Assembly: GCF_009914755.1 (NCBI RefSeq) | Contig: NC_060934.1 | Reading direction: 5' to 3' (one strand) | DNA from: the human T2T-CHM13v2.0 reference genome, Homo sapiens | DNA length: 64,000 nt | In this document: positions 32,181 to 48,440 of the stretch, one piece after another | Layout of the letters: the number at the start of each line of letters is the position of its first letter | Numbering within the stretch: position 1 is the first letter of the stretch | Translations under genes and position numbers: made by a program | The notes under the pieces: generated by a model | Seen by the model: the letters and a program-made list of their open reading frames with translations, nothing else | Told to the model about the DNA's origin: nothing | Databases searched by the model: none

Positions 32181-34185
32181 TTAAACTGTACATTTAAAAT
32201 GAATCATTTTATTGTATTGTAAATTAAATCTCAGTACGGTGATTTTTTTAACAAAACATAAATGAGAGTCAGCTGCAAGGGCAACAATACTTTTTCCCCT
32301 TCAGATTAATTCCCATTTAACATGTGGTATTTGTCCTCCCAGAAGACAAATAAAGCCATGTTCTGAGCTGGCAATTTCCTGTTAGTGACATGCAACTGTC
32401 AGAAGCAATGCCTGAGAGATGTCCTTGAGATGTTCCTTCAAATGGGTCATAAGTCCTTGTGGCTATGAAGGTTGGGAGGATGCAGCTCTGGCCTTCTTGT
32501 CTCAGAAATGAAGATGACATTATGATTTAAAGGACTAAGTAATTTCCTTGTCAGCAGAACCAGTGTTTTCTGCTAATGGAGGCAACCAGGGAGACTTGCT
32601 CTTTGGTCCCTCACAGTGAGGCAGGTCTTCATTGAGTTTGTTAGGACTGTACAGGGAAAGCTGGCAAATTCAACACAGCAACACCAGCGGCATCATGTAT
32701 TATTGTTGCCACAGAATCCTATCATTCATCATCATCTAGAACTCAGGCATGCTTCTAAAATGGCAAACAGTTTTTTACCTGTGCCATCATAGTCTAGGAA
32801 CTATAAAATGAATCACGAAGACCAAAAAGAAAAAAATGAATAAGCATTTTCCCTGCAATTTTTTCACCAACTTGTTATCAAAAAGCAAATAGCTTAGCTG
32901 GCATTCACCACAAGGGTTATGGCATGATTTTAGAGAAGAGATATATCTGGAAATGAATTTTTTCTGAATGTTTTACACCTAAATTTATGAGGGATATTGA
33001 CAAGCAGGGCAATCGGTCAGGAATAAGTGAAACAAAGGATACTTTGCTGAATTCAAGGATTTACTAAATAACTTCACTGAGGCTTGCTATGCCCTTTCTC
33101 ATCAAAGAACAACATTCAGATCCAAATATTGTGGAACAAAGAATGGGAGTGTGGGTTTGTTTGCAGGGAAAGTAAGAGGAGCCATCTGCTTCACCTTTGT
33201 TTAAAAATCATGAGGTTTGGGAACTGGAAGGGACCCTGGAGTCATCTAGCTCTGAGCTTCCCAACACTGAAGGAATGAGGTGCTAATGCCAGTGAGGGTA
33301 GAAATCAAAGGCAAACGTGGCTCAGCTTCCAGGACAATTCTATCCATATATAGCATTACTATATGTTAAAGCAAACACAGGTATACAATCAAGTAAAATG
33401 AAAAATGTGCCTGAACTTGAAAAATGGCACTATAAAAGAACTTTAGTGATTGAGGTAGCTGCTTTCAGCTGTGCTCCAAACCCACAGGCCATCTCTCTCT
33501 GCCACCAGGCATACCTCAGTGGAAATGTCAGTGCAGCATAGAGTGAATTGCCTCCTTGCCAGTGCTGTCATGATGAAAGGGGGTCCAGGAAAAAACAAGG
33601 TCTTGTCCAGGCCATCCTATGTCTATAGGCAGAGCTGGAACTAGGTTCCACTTTCTCCTCCTTCAGGGCCCTTCCTCTGACCCTCAACACGGCAAGAGGC
33701 TGCACCAGGAATTGTTGTATAGAACCTGGAGAGGTGAACCTGCTCGATCTTCCTTGCTCCAGCCAGGCCCTTTGGGGTAGAAACCAAATGGCTGGCTGCT
33801 CTTTCTGAGGAGGAATCATCAGCCCCTGGGCTAATGGTGCTGGGTCCTCATCCAGGAGTCAAGCCTTATCTCCTCTCCACCCTCCTGCAGCTTCTCTCCA
33901 CCCTCCTGCAGCACTCTCCCACTCTAATAGAGCCAGCTTCCCTTCTCTCTGCAGGGATGGTTTTTTAAGAGAGATCATTCATCACTTCTCTCATTCATTC
34001 ATCATCCGTTCACTTATATTTTGTGCATGTTGATGGAAATACAGAGCTAAGTAAGTCAGCCATCACCTCTTCCCTCAGGACGCTTACAGTCTATTCTAGC
34101 AGGAAGACAGCCTTAATTAATATATATTCACCTCACACAGGGAGTACATCCTCCTTCCTCTCTTCACCTTCACCCACCAAGAGGC

Positions 34186-34301
34186 TTTTGTTTTTTTGTT
34201 GAGGTCTCACTATATTGCCAAGACTGGCCTCAAACTCCTTGGCTCTTCCCACCTCAGCCTCCCAAGTAGCTGGGAGTAAGGTGTATGCCACTGCAGCTAG
34301 C
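34186..34301 (-). mobile_element. FLAM / Alu monomer
   Basis: 'ggtctcactatattgcc...ctcaaactcc...cctcagcctcccaagtagctggg' with a T-rich tail. Confidence 0.75.
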
Positions 34302-35309
34302 TCCCAGCAGGAGTCTTCATGACAAAGAAAGCAGTTTGGTTTTCCCACAGCCATCAGCTGGGGTTGCTCTGCCCTGGTTCCCTGGCCAAAGAAAGGAACC
34401 ACCCCTTCCTGGTCCTGACCTACTCCCATAAAATATATCCACAGCAAATAATGGAACTGAAATTCTAAAACTGAGTTATTTTGGTAAATATTTGCCTGTC
34501 GATGGTGAAGCCTCGGGTTAACTTCAGGAGAACAAATCTTGGTGCTAAGACCAAGACTCATGGGCCTTTGTGTGTCCTGAGGACTTTTTCCCCTTGTTTC
34601 TTGGTAGTGTCTCCTGTCATCGGCCTCCCACCTGTGTCCATGGGTGTGGGGGGCAGGATGGAGATTAAGGCCATCCATGCCTGAGTGACCATCCTGCCCA
34701 GCAGTAACAGAGGCGGCTCAGGGGTGGCATAGCCAAGTGGCTTCCCCTTCTGGCTCCTCCATGAGCCAAACCCCTTTCTCTGGCCTCCCATGCCTCATGT
34801 CTCCCTGTACCCTGTGGAAGGGGCAGGCACCACCACACAGCAACCCTGCTCTTCCCCAGCCTTCCTAATAAGGGGGATTTCAGAGGCCGACCTGCTATGT
34901 GAAGTATGAGACTATGGCAGAATCATTGTGTATAAATACAATTCATGAGAAGTAGATTTTGTTTCAAAGCATCCCTCTCTCTTGCCATTCATTACACCTC
35001 TCCTTACTCTTTTAAAGCATGGCAGCAGCTTCCCCTTTCTGACTCGCAATAAGATGGGATTTTCTTTTCCAGGTCAGCAGCTGACAGGAGCCTTGCATTC
35101 TCAGAGACCTGGATCGGCACACACCTGCTGTGTTTCTGAGCGCACCTGCTGTGTGATTTCTCACCCAGATTCTCCTTGTCTGCTTGAGAGATTATGAAAA
35201 CATGTGGTATGTGTACAGACAGTTCATTACTAGGTACTTTAATACTTACCATTTCACTTAATCTTTGCCACAATTCTGTGAGCATTTTCCTTCTTATACT
35301 GGGGAAGAA

Positions 35310-35740
35310 ACTTATTCAACCAACGTAGACTGAATGTTTGCCAAGTGCCATCACCAGGCTGTGGGCAGAAAGATGAGCCAGGCAGACATCCTGTTTTTAA
35401 GACACTTACAGTCTGAAAGGGCAGGCAGCAAGTAGACAGACAATTATAATACCATGTGGCAAATGAAGCCCACTACCACCATTCCATCTTATATACATAG
35501 TATTAATAAATGTTAATGCTTGTCCTTATTCTTAATGAGGAAATTTTACTGTCTGCCCTCCATGATGAGACCAGGAAAAGATCTAAGGTGACGCTCTAAA
35601 AGAAACTGAAGAAAGACAATTTACTAAATGGACCTTAGAGGAACAGGGAAGAGGGCATTCTCGAAAGTGAGAAGATGTTATGCAAAGATCTGGATGATTC
35701 GTTTGCAGTATAGTGTGTTTAGGACACTTCATAGTAGGGG
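35310..35740 (-). mobile_element. L2 fragment
   Basis: 'ttattcaacc...tgaatgtttgccaagtgcc...cttacagtct...acaattataatacc'; boundaries approximate. Confidence 0.5.
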
Positions 35741-36693
35741 GCCTGAATGAAGTACTTGTCCAAGGTCCTGCAGCTGTTTAACCGCAAGTCTTGTGGTCAA
35801 GGATGGTTTCCAGAGCATCCTTCTCCCCGGCTGTAAGTGGCCAGACCCTCCCTAACACACTGAGCTTCCTGAGTGTAATGCTGCCTGACCATTTGCCCTC
35901 CAAATGGGTGCTCACAGCAAATCATCTCTGTGATTCTTGATTTCAAGCTGCATCTCTTTGGACAAGCCATCTCTATACACTAGCAAATTGCAATCGTTAT
36001 GATCATAGTCATAACATCACAAGAATAATCAAATGCTGTTGAAACAAAATGTACCAATTTAGGCTAGGCTTCAGCTACTGTAATGTGCATTTAAATGTGT
36101 GCATAGTTATGATTTATTGTAAAGATGATGGCCTTCATGATTCCCCTAGAAGCTGTGATAGACTGCCCTCTATAATCTGGTTTTGTTTGGCAAATTTATC
36201 TCCCCTTCATCCATCCTCAATTTTGAAAGAGAGGGAAACCAACCCATCTGCTGTAATCTGAGCCTATGCAAACTAGGACAGGCTGAAGTCATGATAAACT
36301 ACTAGTTGATAATTCCATTCAGTCTTCTTTTCACTGGCAGGACCAGATCGGGCTTCTGTAAATAAGCTTCCAACAGAAATCAGTTCAGCAACTCAGTCCC
36401 TGACACTTTCCTGAGGCTGCCCATGATCTACATTCCCCTGCCCTATGTCAGTTGGTCTCATGCAGGCTGCTCTGGTAACTTTCAGACTCGAAAGAACACA
36501 GTGTCTGCCACCAATTTTCTCTACAGAAAGGAGCAATCTGGTTGCAAGTCAGGGCCAGAGACTTTTTTGAAGCTATTATATTTGCATGGCAAGGACATTG
36601 GGCTTATTCAATTATGTGTTTATTTGAGATGGCGTGGAGAGAGCTGATGGCACAGTGTAATGAGAACTCTCCCAGATGACCCCTCAGTACTAC

Positions 36694-37582
36694 TGTTGAC
36701 AGCTGTTGTGATACCTCGCTACTTGTCTTCTTAGTTTAAAAGAATTTAAGCAAGAGACACACAGCAAAGGATATATATCTAGAATAGAATAGATTTATTC
36801 TATTCTAGAATAATATTCTAGCATTTACTCTATTCTAGAATAATATTCTAGCATTTACTCTAGTCTAGAATAATATTCTAGCATTTACTCTAGTCTAGAA
36901 TAATATTCTAGCATTTACTCTAGTCTAGAATAATATTCTAGCATTTACTCTAGTCTAGAATAATATTCTAGCATTTACTCTAGTCTAGAATAATATTCTA
37001 GCATTTACTCTATTCTAGAATATTATTCTAGAATTTACTCTATTCTAGAATATTATTCTAGAATTTATTCTGTAGAATAATTTATTGCAAAAGTAAAAGA
37101 ATATTTTGAAAGTTAGATGCAGAATAGACAGTACACCCTGAGAGAGAGAATTCAGAGAGGGTGACTCAGAAGGAACAGACAGCAAAGACTGGCGCTAGGG
37201 ACACTCCCTTTATGGGAGTCTTATCTGATTATTCATAAAGGGGTAGGATGAGGTGTTATTAGTAAGCATGTCCTGGGTGGTCCTCTGGGCACACATGCAC
37301 AGTAGCTGTCCATGCTTGTTCATACATCGCCTGTCTCATTAGCATCTTAAATCTCCACCCGGGGTGTGATTTTTACTATTATAATGAGTAAGGGGTCAGT
37401 TTGAGAACACATAAAATCAAAGTACACATGATATCTACAGGAGAAATTCCCTACTGAAGATATCTTTACTTTAATGAGCTCAATTACAATGCAATGCTGG
37501 GCTTATTATGTTGACTATACCATCACCATGGTTGCTGTGTCCTGAAGATATGGTCATTTTCTTGACTACCTATCCTGCCTCA
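36694..37582 (-). mobile_element. ERV1 solo LTR (MER66/MER73-like) containing a minisatellite
   Basis: TG...CA termini; 4-bp TSD CTAC at 36690-36693 and 37583-37586; minus-strand start TGAGGCAGGATAGGTAGTCAAG; minus-strand AATAAA at about 37081. Confidence 0.8.
36778..37080. repeat. 30-bp minisatellite (TAATATTCTAGCATTTACTCTAGTCTAGAA), about 9 units
   Basis: Units in exact 30-nt register from 36811; central units identical. Confidence 0.97.
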
Positions 37583-37858
37583 CTACTAGTAGGAGAACAC
37601 TCACTTGAGAAGACTGCTTTGTTGTTCCCTCCCCATTTTAAATCCCATATTCCCAGGCAGAATTCCTCTCTCCATCTCTACAGCTACCTTGGCACTCTTC
37701 ACCTGTATCTGAGCACTTTTTATAGACAGCCAGGTACTAGGACTGCTTGAGTTTCATGTATTTTCTCCATTACGAGATGAGCTCTTGGAGGACAGAGTGC
37801 CATAATTCTCTCTGCTTTCCGCATGTATGTTAGAGGTTCAATAAAACCTACGGGAGCT

Positions 37859-38413
37859 TGTCAAAGACAAAAATCAGATGAGTAAAGAGATTGATTTTAT
37901 TCAGGTAATTGCAATAAGATGAAAAGATCTGAAGACCAGAATGTCTCAACAAGGTGGCTTTGCCTTAAACTTTTAGGGAAGGGGATGGAGGGTAAATAGC
38001 TTACAAAGGAGGTAATTTACAGTTGGAGTTGTTTTGCAAGCAGGACAAGTCTATGTTAGTTATCAGGCCTGGAATATTTTTCTCTATGGTTAACTAATTT
38101 CAGGGATACAAGCCATTCCAATCCAGTTAATCAAATATGAGAAAAAAAGAACAGGAGTTGGAGGGGCTGTGTCCAGCCTTGTCAGCAGGTTCAGACCAAA
38201 GAGGAAAGGTCTGTGTTTGGCCTTGTCACAGGGTAAACAAGGGAGCCACCCACGAGTCTTATGAGAGTCATGGGAAAGAATGGATTCTGAGTTTTATCCA
38301 AATCATATAAGGAAGGGTGTTCTTTACTGGAACACAAAAGGCTGGGGAGATTTCTCAACCATCACTCTTGCTCTCCAGGAGCACAGGGCTCAGGTAAAGT
38401 CAAGCTCATCACA
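37859..38413 (-). mobile_element. ERVL LTR (MER74/MER88-like)
   Basis: Minus-strand start 'TGTGATGAGCTTGACTTTACCTGAGCCCTGTGCTCCTGG'. Confidence 0.6.
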
Positions 38414-38519
38414 TTGAATGAAAGCAACTGTGCTGTATTCTTCACCCTCTCTCACTGACCTTCTTTCTATATATATTAATCTATATTGGCCAATAGTCTG
38501 CTCAAAGAAAGATTATTCA

Positions 38520-38522
<3 letters not shown>

Positions 38523-38556
<34 letters not shown>
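38523..38556 (+). repeat. (CT)n microsatellite followed by a C run
   Basis: Direct read. Confidence 0.9.
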
Positions 38557-38558
<2 letters not shown>

Positions 38559-40573
38559 CCCCCCCCATTTGTGACCCATTCAAATAGAGAACTAGAAAGA
38601 GAAGGCAGAAAGTTCCAAAAGAAAGAATTGCCTTTAAGATTATTGGACTTCAATAACTTTCAGTATAAATATCACACTGGTAATTTTTCCACTAGAATTG
38701 AAGATGTGAGAAGCAATGAAAATAAAGTGTTTCTGTGAGTGTATTGGGTGAAGAGACTGGTCAAAGGGGCTGTTCTCTGAAGAGCTAGAGTCAGGGAAAT
38801 TATAAAGATTTGGTTGGTTCAATCCTGGTTTACTCTGCAGTGACCCCTTATTCACCACATCTAGAGTTTTGTGGAGCTGAATCCCATATCCAGGTTGTTT
38901 CAGCAACCACCAACCTATACTATGGTTCACTGAGTCAGGGATACTTTTGCAAGTCTAGCCTGCTCATGAGTTGAATTTTCTTTCTCCCTACACATTTCTT
39001 TTTCATAACATAGAGTTTTTGTGTATGTTTCTAGACTGGAGTGAAGATAGGAGAATTAGGAGATTTGGACGAGACTTGTAAGGTGAGGAAGCTCTTTGAA
39101 AAACAAGCTTTGGCTCAAAATCTGGGCAGAAATTCTAGTTGGCTCTCCCCTTTTATTTTTCACTGGTTTGTTTATCCCTAACAAAGAGTAGATGAGCAGT
39201 TCTGGGAATCATTATTAAAAACATTAAAAAAAGATAAGCCTGCATGTAAAGAAATCCTTTGCTGTTGTATTTGATGAGATGACATGTTTTATTCAAATAC
39301 CCCATTACCTAGTAGAATCTTTGGCACATAGTAGGTGCTCAATAAACAGTGATTAGTTGATTGACTGAATGTATTAATTGCCTTTTAATGGTATTTATCT
39401 TTCTCCTCTCATAAGAGGACACAGCTGTACCTCCCAACATTCTTATGTGGCTTGTCAAAACAAAAACAGACTAGGCTTGAATTGGCCACCCTGATTAATC
39501 TGGTCTTGATATTTTTTCAGAAGCCATTTTTGTCATCAGTGTAGCTGGTGAAAGACTTTATCTGCAGGTACGGGGGATACAGGCCAAACTTGCCCAAAGG
39601 TAGCAAGGTGGATGCCCAGGCAGTGCCAATTCTTGGTCAAAAGTAAGAAATGTGGCAGAGGGGGAGGAGCCAAGATGGCCGAATAGGAACAGCTCTGGTC
39701 TACAGCTCCCAGCGTGAGCCACGCACAAGACAGAAGACGAGTGATTTCTGCATTTCCATCTGAGGTACCGGGTTCATCTCATTAGGGAGTGCCAGACAGT
39801 GGGTGCAGGTCAGTGGGTGCGCACACCGTGTGCAAGCCGACGCAGGGTGAGGCATTGCCTCACTCGGGAAGTGCAAGGGGTCAGGGAGTTCCCTTTCCTA
39901 GTCAAAGAAAGGGGTGACGGACGGCACCTGGAAAATCGGGTCACTCCTACCCGAATACTGCGCTTTTCTGACGGGCTTAAAAAATGGCGCACCACGAGAT
40001 TATATCCCGCACCTGGCTCGAAGGGTCCTACACCCAAGGAGTCTCACTGATTGCTAGCACAGCAGTCTGAGATCAAACTGTAAGGTGGCAGCGAGGCTGC
40101 GGGAGGGGCGCCCGCCATTGCCCAGGCTTGCTTAGGTAAACAAAGCAGCTGGAAAACTCCAACTGGGTGGAGCCCACCACAGCTCAAGGAGGCCTGCCTG
40201 CCTCTGTAGGCTCCACCTCTGGGGGCAGGGCACAGACAAACAAAAAGACAGCAGTAACCTCTGCAGACTTAAATGTCCCTGTCTGACAGCTTTGAAGAGA
40301 GCAGTTGTTCTCCCAGTACGCAGCTGGAGATCTGAGAATGGGCAGACTGCCTCCTCAAGTGGGTCCCTGACCCCTGACCCCTGAGCAGCCTAACTGGGAG
40401 GCACCCCCCAGCAGGGGCACACTGACACCTCACACGGCTGGGTACTCCAACAGACCTGCAGCTGAGGGTCCTGTCTGTTAGAAGGAAAACTAACAAACAG
40501 AAAGGACATCCACACCAAAAACCCATCTGTACATCACCATCATCAAAGACCAAAAGTAGATAAAACCACAAAG

Positions 40574-41590
40574 ATGGGGAAAAAACAAAACAGAAAAACT
40601 GGAAACTCTAAAAAGCACAGTGCCTCTCCTCCTCCAAAGGAACGCAGTTCCTCACCAGCAACGGAAAAAAGCTGGATGGAGAACGACTTTGATGAGCTGA
40701 GAGAAGAAGGCTTCAGACGATCAAATTACTCTGAGCTACGGGAGGACATTCAAACCAAAGGCAAAGAAGTTGAAAACTTTGAAAAAAATTTAGAAGAATG
40801 TATAACTAGAATAACCTATACAGAGAAGTGCTTAAAGGAGCTGATGGAGCTGTAAACCAAGGCTCGAGAACTACGTGAAGAATGCAGAAGCCTCAGGAGC
40901 CGATGCGATCAACTGGAAGAAAGAGTATCAGCAATGGAAGATGAAATGAATGAAATGAAGTGAGAAGGGAAGTTTAGAGAAAAAAGAATAAAAAGAAATG
41001 AGCAAAGCCTCCAAGAAATATGGGACTATGTGCAAAGACCAAATCTACATCTGATTGGTGTACCTGAAAGTGACGGGGAGAATGGAACCAAGCTGGAAAA
41101 CACTCTGCAGGATATTATCCAGGAGAACTTCCCCAATCTAGCAAGGCAGGCCAACGTTCAGATTCAGGAAATACAGAGAACGCCACAAAGATACTCCTCG
41201 AGAAGAGCAACTCCAAGACACATAATTGTCAGATTCACCAAAGTTGAAATGAAGGAAAAAATGTTAAGGGCAGCCAGAGAGAAAGGTCGGGTTACCCTCA
41301 AAGGGAAGCCCATCAGACTAACAGCGGATCTCTCGGCAGAAACCCTACAAGCCAGAAGAGAGTGGGGGCCAATATTCAACATTCTTAAAGAAAAGAATTT
41401 TCAACCCAGAATTTCATATCCAGCCAAACTAAGCTTCATAAGTGAAGGAGAAATAAAATACTTTACAGACAAGCAAATGCTGAGAGATTTTGTCACCACC
41501 AGGCCTGCCCTAAAAGAGCTCCTGAAGGAAGCACTAAACATGGAAAGGAACAACCGGTACCAGCCACTACAAAATCATGCCAAAATATAA
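40574..41590 (+). pseudogene. L1 ORF1, disrupted
   Basis: MGKKQNRKTGNSK... through ...QPLQNHAKI; in-frame stops at 40853-40855 and 40961-40963. Confidence 0.95.
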
Positions 41591-41653
41591 AGACCATCGA
41601 GACTAGGAAGAAACTGCATCAACTAACGAGCAAAATCACCAGCTAACATCATC

Positions 41654-45478
<3,825 letters not shown>

Positions 45479-46082
45479 ACAATGAGATCACATGGACACA
45501 GGAAGGGGAACATCACACTCTGGGGACTGTGGTGGAGTGGGGGGAAGGGGGAGGGATAGCATTGGGAGATATACCTAATGCTAGATGACGAGTTAGTGGG
45601 TGCAGCACACCAGCGTGGCACATGTATACATATGTAACTAACCTGCACATTGTGCACATGTACCCTAAAACTTCAAGTATAATAATACAATTTTTAAAAA
45701 AAGATAAAAAAAATAAGGAGAAAATGTTACCTTACGCTTGCCTGATGAAGCTGGACATGTCCTTCATACAGAAGGAAGATTTCGCACCGTGACACACTTT
45801 GGCCTCTACAGCCAGGGCCCTCCTCCTCTTGTGTGATCCTAGCCCTTAGTCACAGTTCACTGGAGCTGAACAAAGCAGAGGCATAAGATTCACTTGGAAT
45901 CAGGGCATGCGAGTGAACATTGGAAGTGGACATACTATGCCGAGGTCTGTGCCAGGAGCCAGGAGGTATGGGAAGCTACCTCCTGGGAAGATGAAACAGA
46001 GTTTCCTACTCTAGGAACAAGTTTACATGTGCAAGCACTGCCGGGGGCAGCAGTTTCGTTCTGTGTCATATGAGGAACGTAG

Positions 46083-46640
46083 ATCGGTGGTTCTAAGTCC
46101 TGGTTACACACCAGAATCACCTGGGAAGACACATTTTTTAATAGGATGTCGAAGCCCCAGCCCAACCCAATTAAATCAGAATTTCTAGAGTATGGATCCC
46201 AGGTTTATTAGTCTGTTCTCACCCTGCTAACAAAGACATACCCAAGACTGGGTAATTTATAAAGGAAAGGGGTTTAATTGACTCACAGGTCAGCACGGCT
46301 AGAGAGGCCTTAAGAAACTTACAATCATGGTGAAAGGGGAAGTAAACATGTCCTTCTTCACATGGTGGCAGCAAGGAGAAGAATGAACAAAAGGGGTAAA
46401 GCCCCTTATAAAACCATCAGATCTTGTGAGAACTCACTATCATGAGAACAGCATGAGAGTAACCACCGCCATGATTCAATTGCCTCCCACTAGGTCCCTC
46501 CCACAATACATGTGGATTATGGGAACTGCAATTCAAGATGGGATTTGAGTGGGGACACGGCCAAACCATATAACCAGGCATAGATTTTTTTTAAAAGCTC
46601 CTCCAGCTAATTTTAATGAGCAGCCAAATTTGAAACCCCA
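46083..46640. mobile_element. MER5A split by a THE1D LTR
   Basis: 'ggtggttct...agaatcacctggg...aattaaatcagaatttct' on the left; 'aagctcctccagctaattttaatgagcagccaaatttga' on the right. Confidence 0.7.
46204..46573 (-). mobile_element. THE1D-like solo LTR
   Basis: THE1 LTR sequence; 5-bp TSD CCAGG at 46199-46203 and 46574-46578. Confidence 0.9.
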
Positions 46641-47214
46641 TGAACTTGATGATTCTTAAGAGCTGTTCCGGGATTAAGATTCAAAGTACCGCATACTTGA
46701 TACAACAAAATCAAGAAAATATAAATACCCCATTGTTTGGGCCAAACAGGGTGTGTGGATGGGGTGTGTTGTAAATAGAAGGTATGGCTGCCTCATGATT
46801 TGGGGAAATTTTGAAAGGCTGAGCCCAAGGTGGTGAAAAGATGTATGAGTCTGGAGAAATAAGGCACAATTGGTAATAAACTTAGAGATCACCAACGTGG
46901 GAGATTTATTGAATTTATTTATCAATAAATATTTATTGAGCACTGACTGTGGGCCAATACCTCTTGGACTCTGAGGTTGAAACACAGTATATTGGACATG
47001 GCCAATTAGATATGAGCATAATAGAAACACCATCAGTATAGGCACTAATCACTTCTCTGTGAGCACCAGGATATGCTTCAGGAAGGAGGTGGTGTTTGAA
47101 TTGAACCTTGAAGACTGCATGGATGCACCTGACCAGGTGAAACTCAGGTCAGGGCAGAAGGCAAAGTCAAGGGAGGAGAAAGTTGGTAAACAAAGCTTTG
47201 CACTTCACACTTAA

Positions 47215-47575
47215 CAAAACTGAACTGTGTTGTTCCACACACTCCATGCTCTTCCACATCTCTGTACCTTTAATCAAGACATTCTGCCTGCCTGTGATAC
47301 CTTCCTTCTTTTCACCTGGACAAGTCCTGTCATTTTTTTTTTAAGAGTCAGCTGAGATTAGTCTCCTCTAGGAAACCATCTCTGAGGCCCCTGTCAGTCT
47401 CCCAACAGTTTCCTATGCTTGCTTCCATCAACACACTTACACACAATAGCCCCAATTATGCTGTGAGCTCTTCAAGGGCAGGAACATCGTCTATATTCAT
47501 TCATGCGCTTGTCTCCAGTGCCCATCACATGCCCCTTGCTCTAATGGGTCTTCAATAATATTTACTTAACTGAAC
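47215..47575 (+). mobile_element. L2 3' fragment
   Basis: 'ctgtgagctcttcaagggcagg...tctccagtgccc...tcaataatatttacttaactgaa'. Confidence 0.6.
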
Positions 47576-48039
47576 ATTTTAAACATTATTTAAAAGAAAA
47601 TTTAATAATAATTAAATCATTTTGCTTAATTTATTATATAGAATTATATCTCCACTAATGGCTGTATTAACGTTCTTTCTGATAATTCCATCATTCCTTT
47701 TCTGTATCTGTTTCTATTGGCTAATTTCTCTGTTGGTTAAAATATAATATAATTATATTTTAATTTAATTTATTATATTAATTAAAGATAACTTTAAACA
47801 TTATTTAAAAGAAAATAGTCTTTTAAAAAAGATAAATCAGATTGATATCATTCTTTAGCTGAAACTCATCTCATGGTTTCTTGATTACTTACAATAAAAT
47901 CTAAAGTCCTCATGGGGATATACAACATTCTAGATGATTTGGCTCCTAAATATTTTTCTAGCCTTGAATCACTTTCCTTTTTCACCATGTACATAAAACT
48001 AGTCTTAAAAGAACCAGCCTGATCCACAAGTAAACCCTA

Positions 48040-48440
48040 CCAGAATAAAACACTCTTATTAAGAAAGATAATGAAATCCAGATAGTCAACACTACAGCAT
48101 CCAACATACAATTAAAATTTACTAGTTATGTAAAAAAGCATGAGAATGTGATTCCTAACCAACAGAGAAATGAGCCAATAGAAACAGATACAGAAAAGAA
48201 AAGGAATGATGGAATTAGCAGAAAGAACTTTAATACAGTCATTAGTGGAGATAAAATAGGATGCTAAAAAAAAAAAAAACCCAGTTACTCCTAAAAAAAT
48301 GCAGGAAAGAAGGGGAAAAGGAACAAAGAACATATGACCCAAGTAGAAAAGAAATAGCAAAATGGTAGACTAAATCCCAACTAAATGTAAATGGAATAAA
48401 CATGCCAATTAAAGTGGGGAGGTTGTCTGGCTAGAAATAA
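48040..48440 (+). mobile_element. Old L1M fragment (ORF1 start / ORF2 start remnants)
   Basis: 'agcatgagaatgtgattcctaacc...caatagaaacaga...gatggaattagcaga' and 'aaatagcaaaatggtagac...taaatgtaaatgga'. Confidence 0.55.

Noticed and set aside
34133-34678. 181-aa ORF
   Set aside because: No recognisable domain, runs through a FLAM, no splice or promoter support
36811-37080. 30-bp array as a CRISPR-like repeat
   Set aside because: Head-to-tail tandem units with no unique spacers, in a primate context with no cas genes
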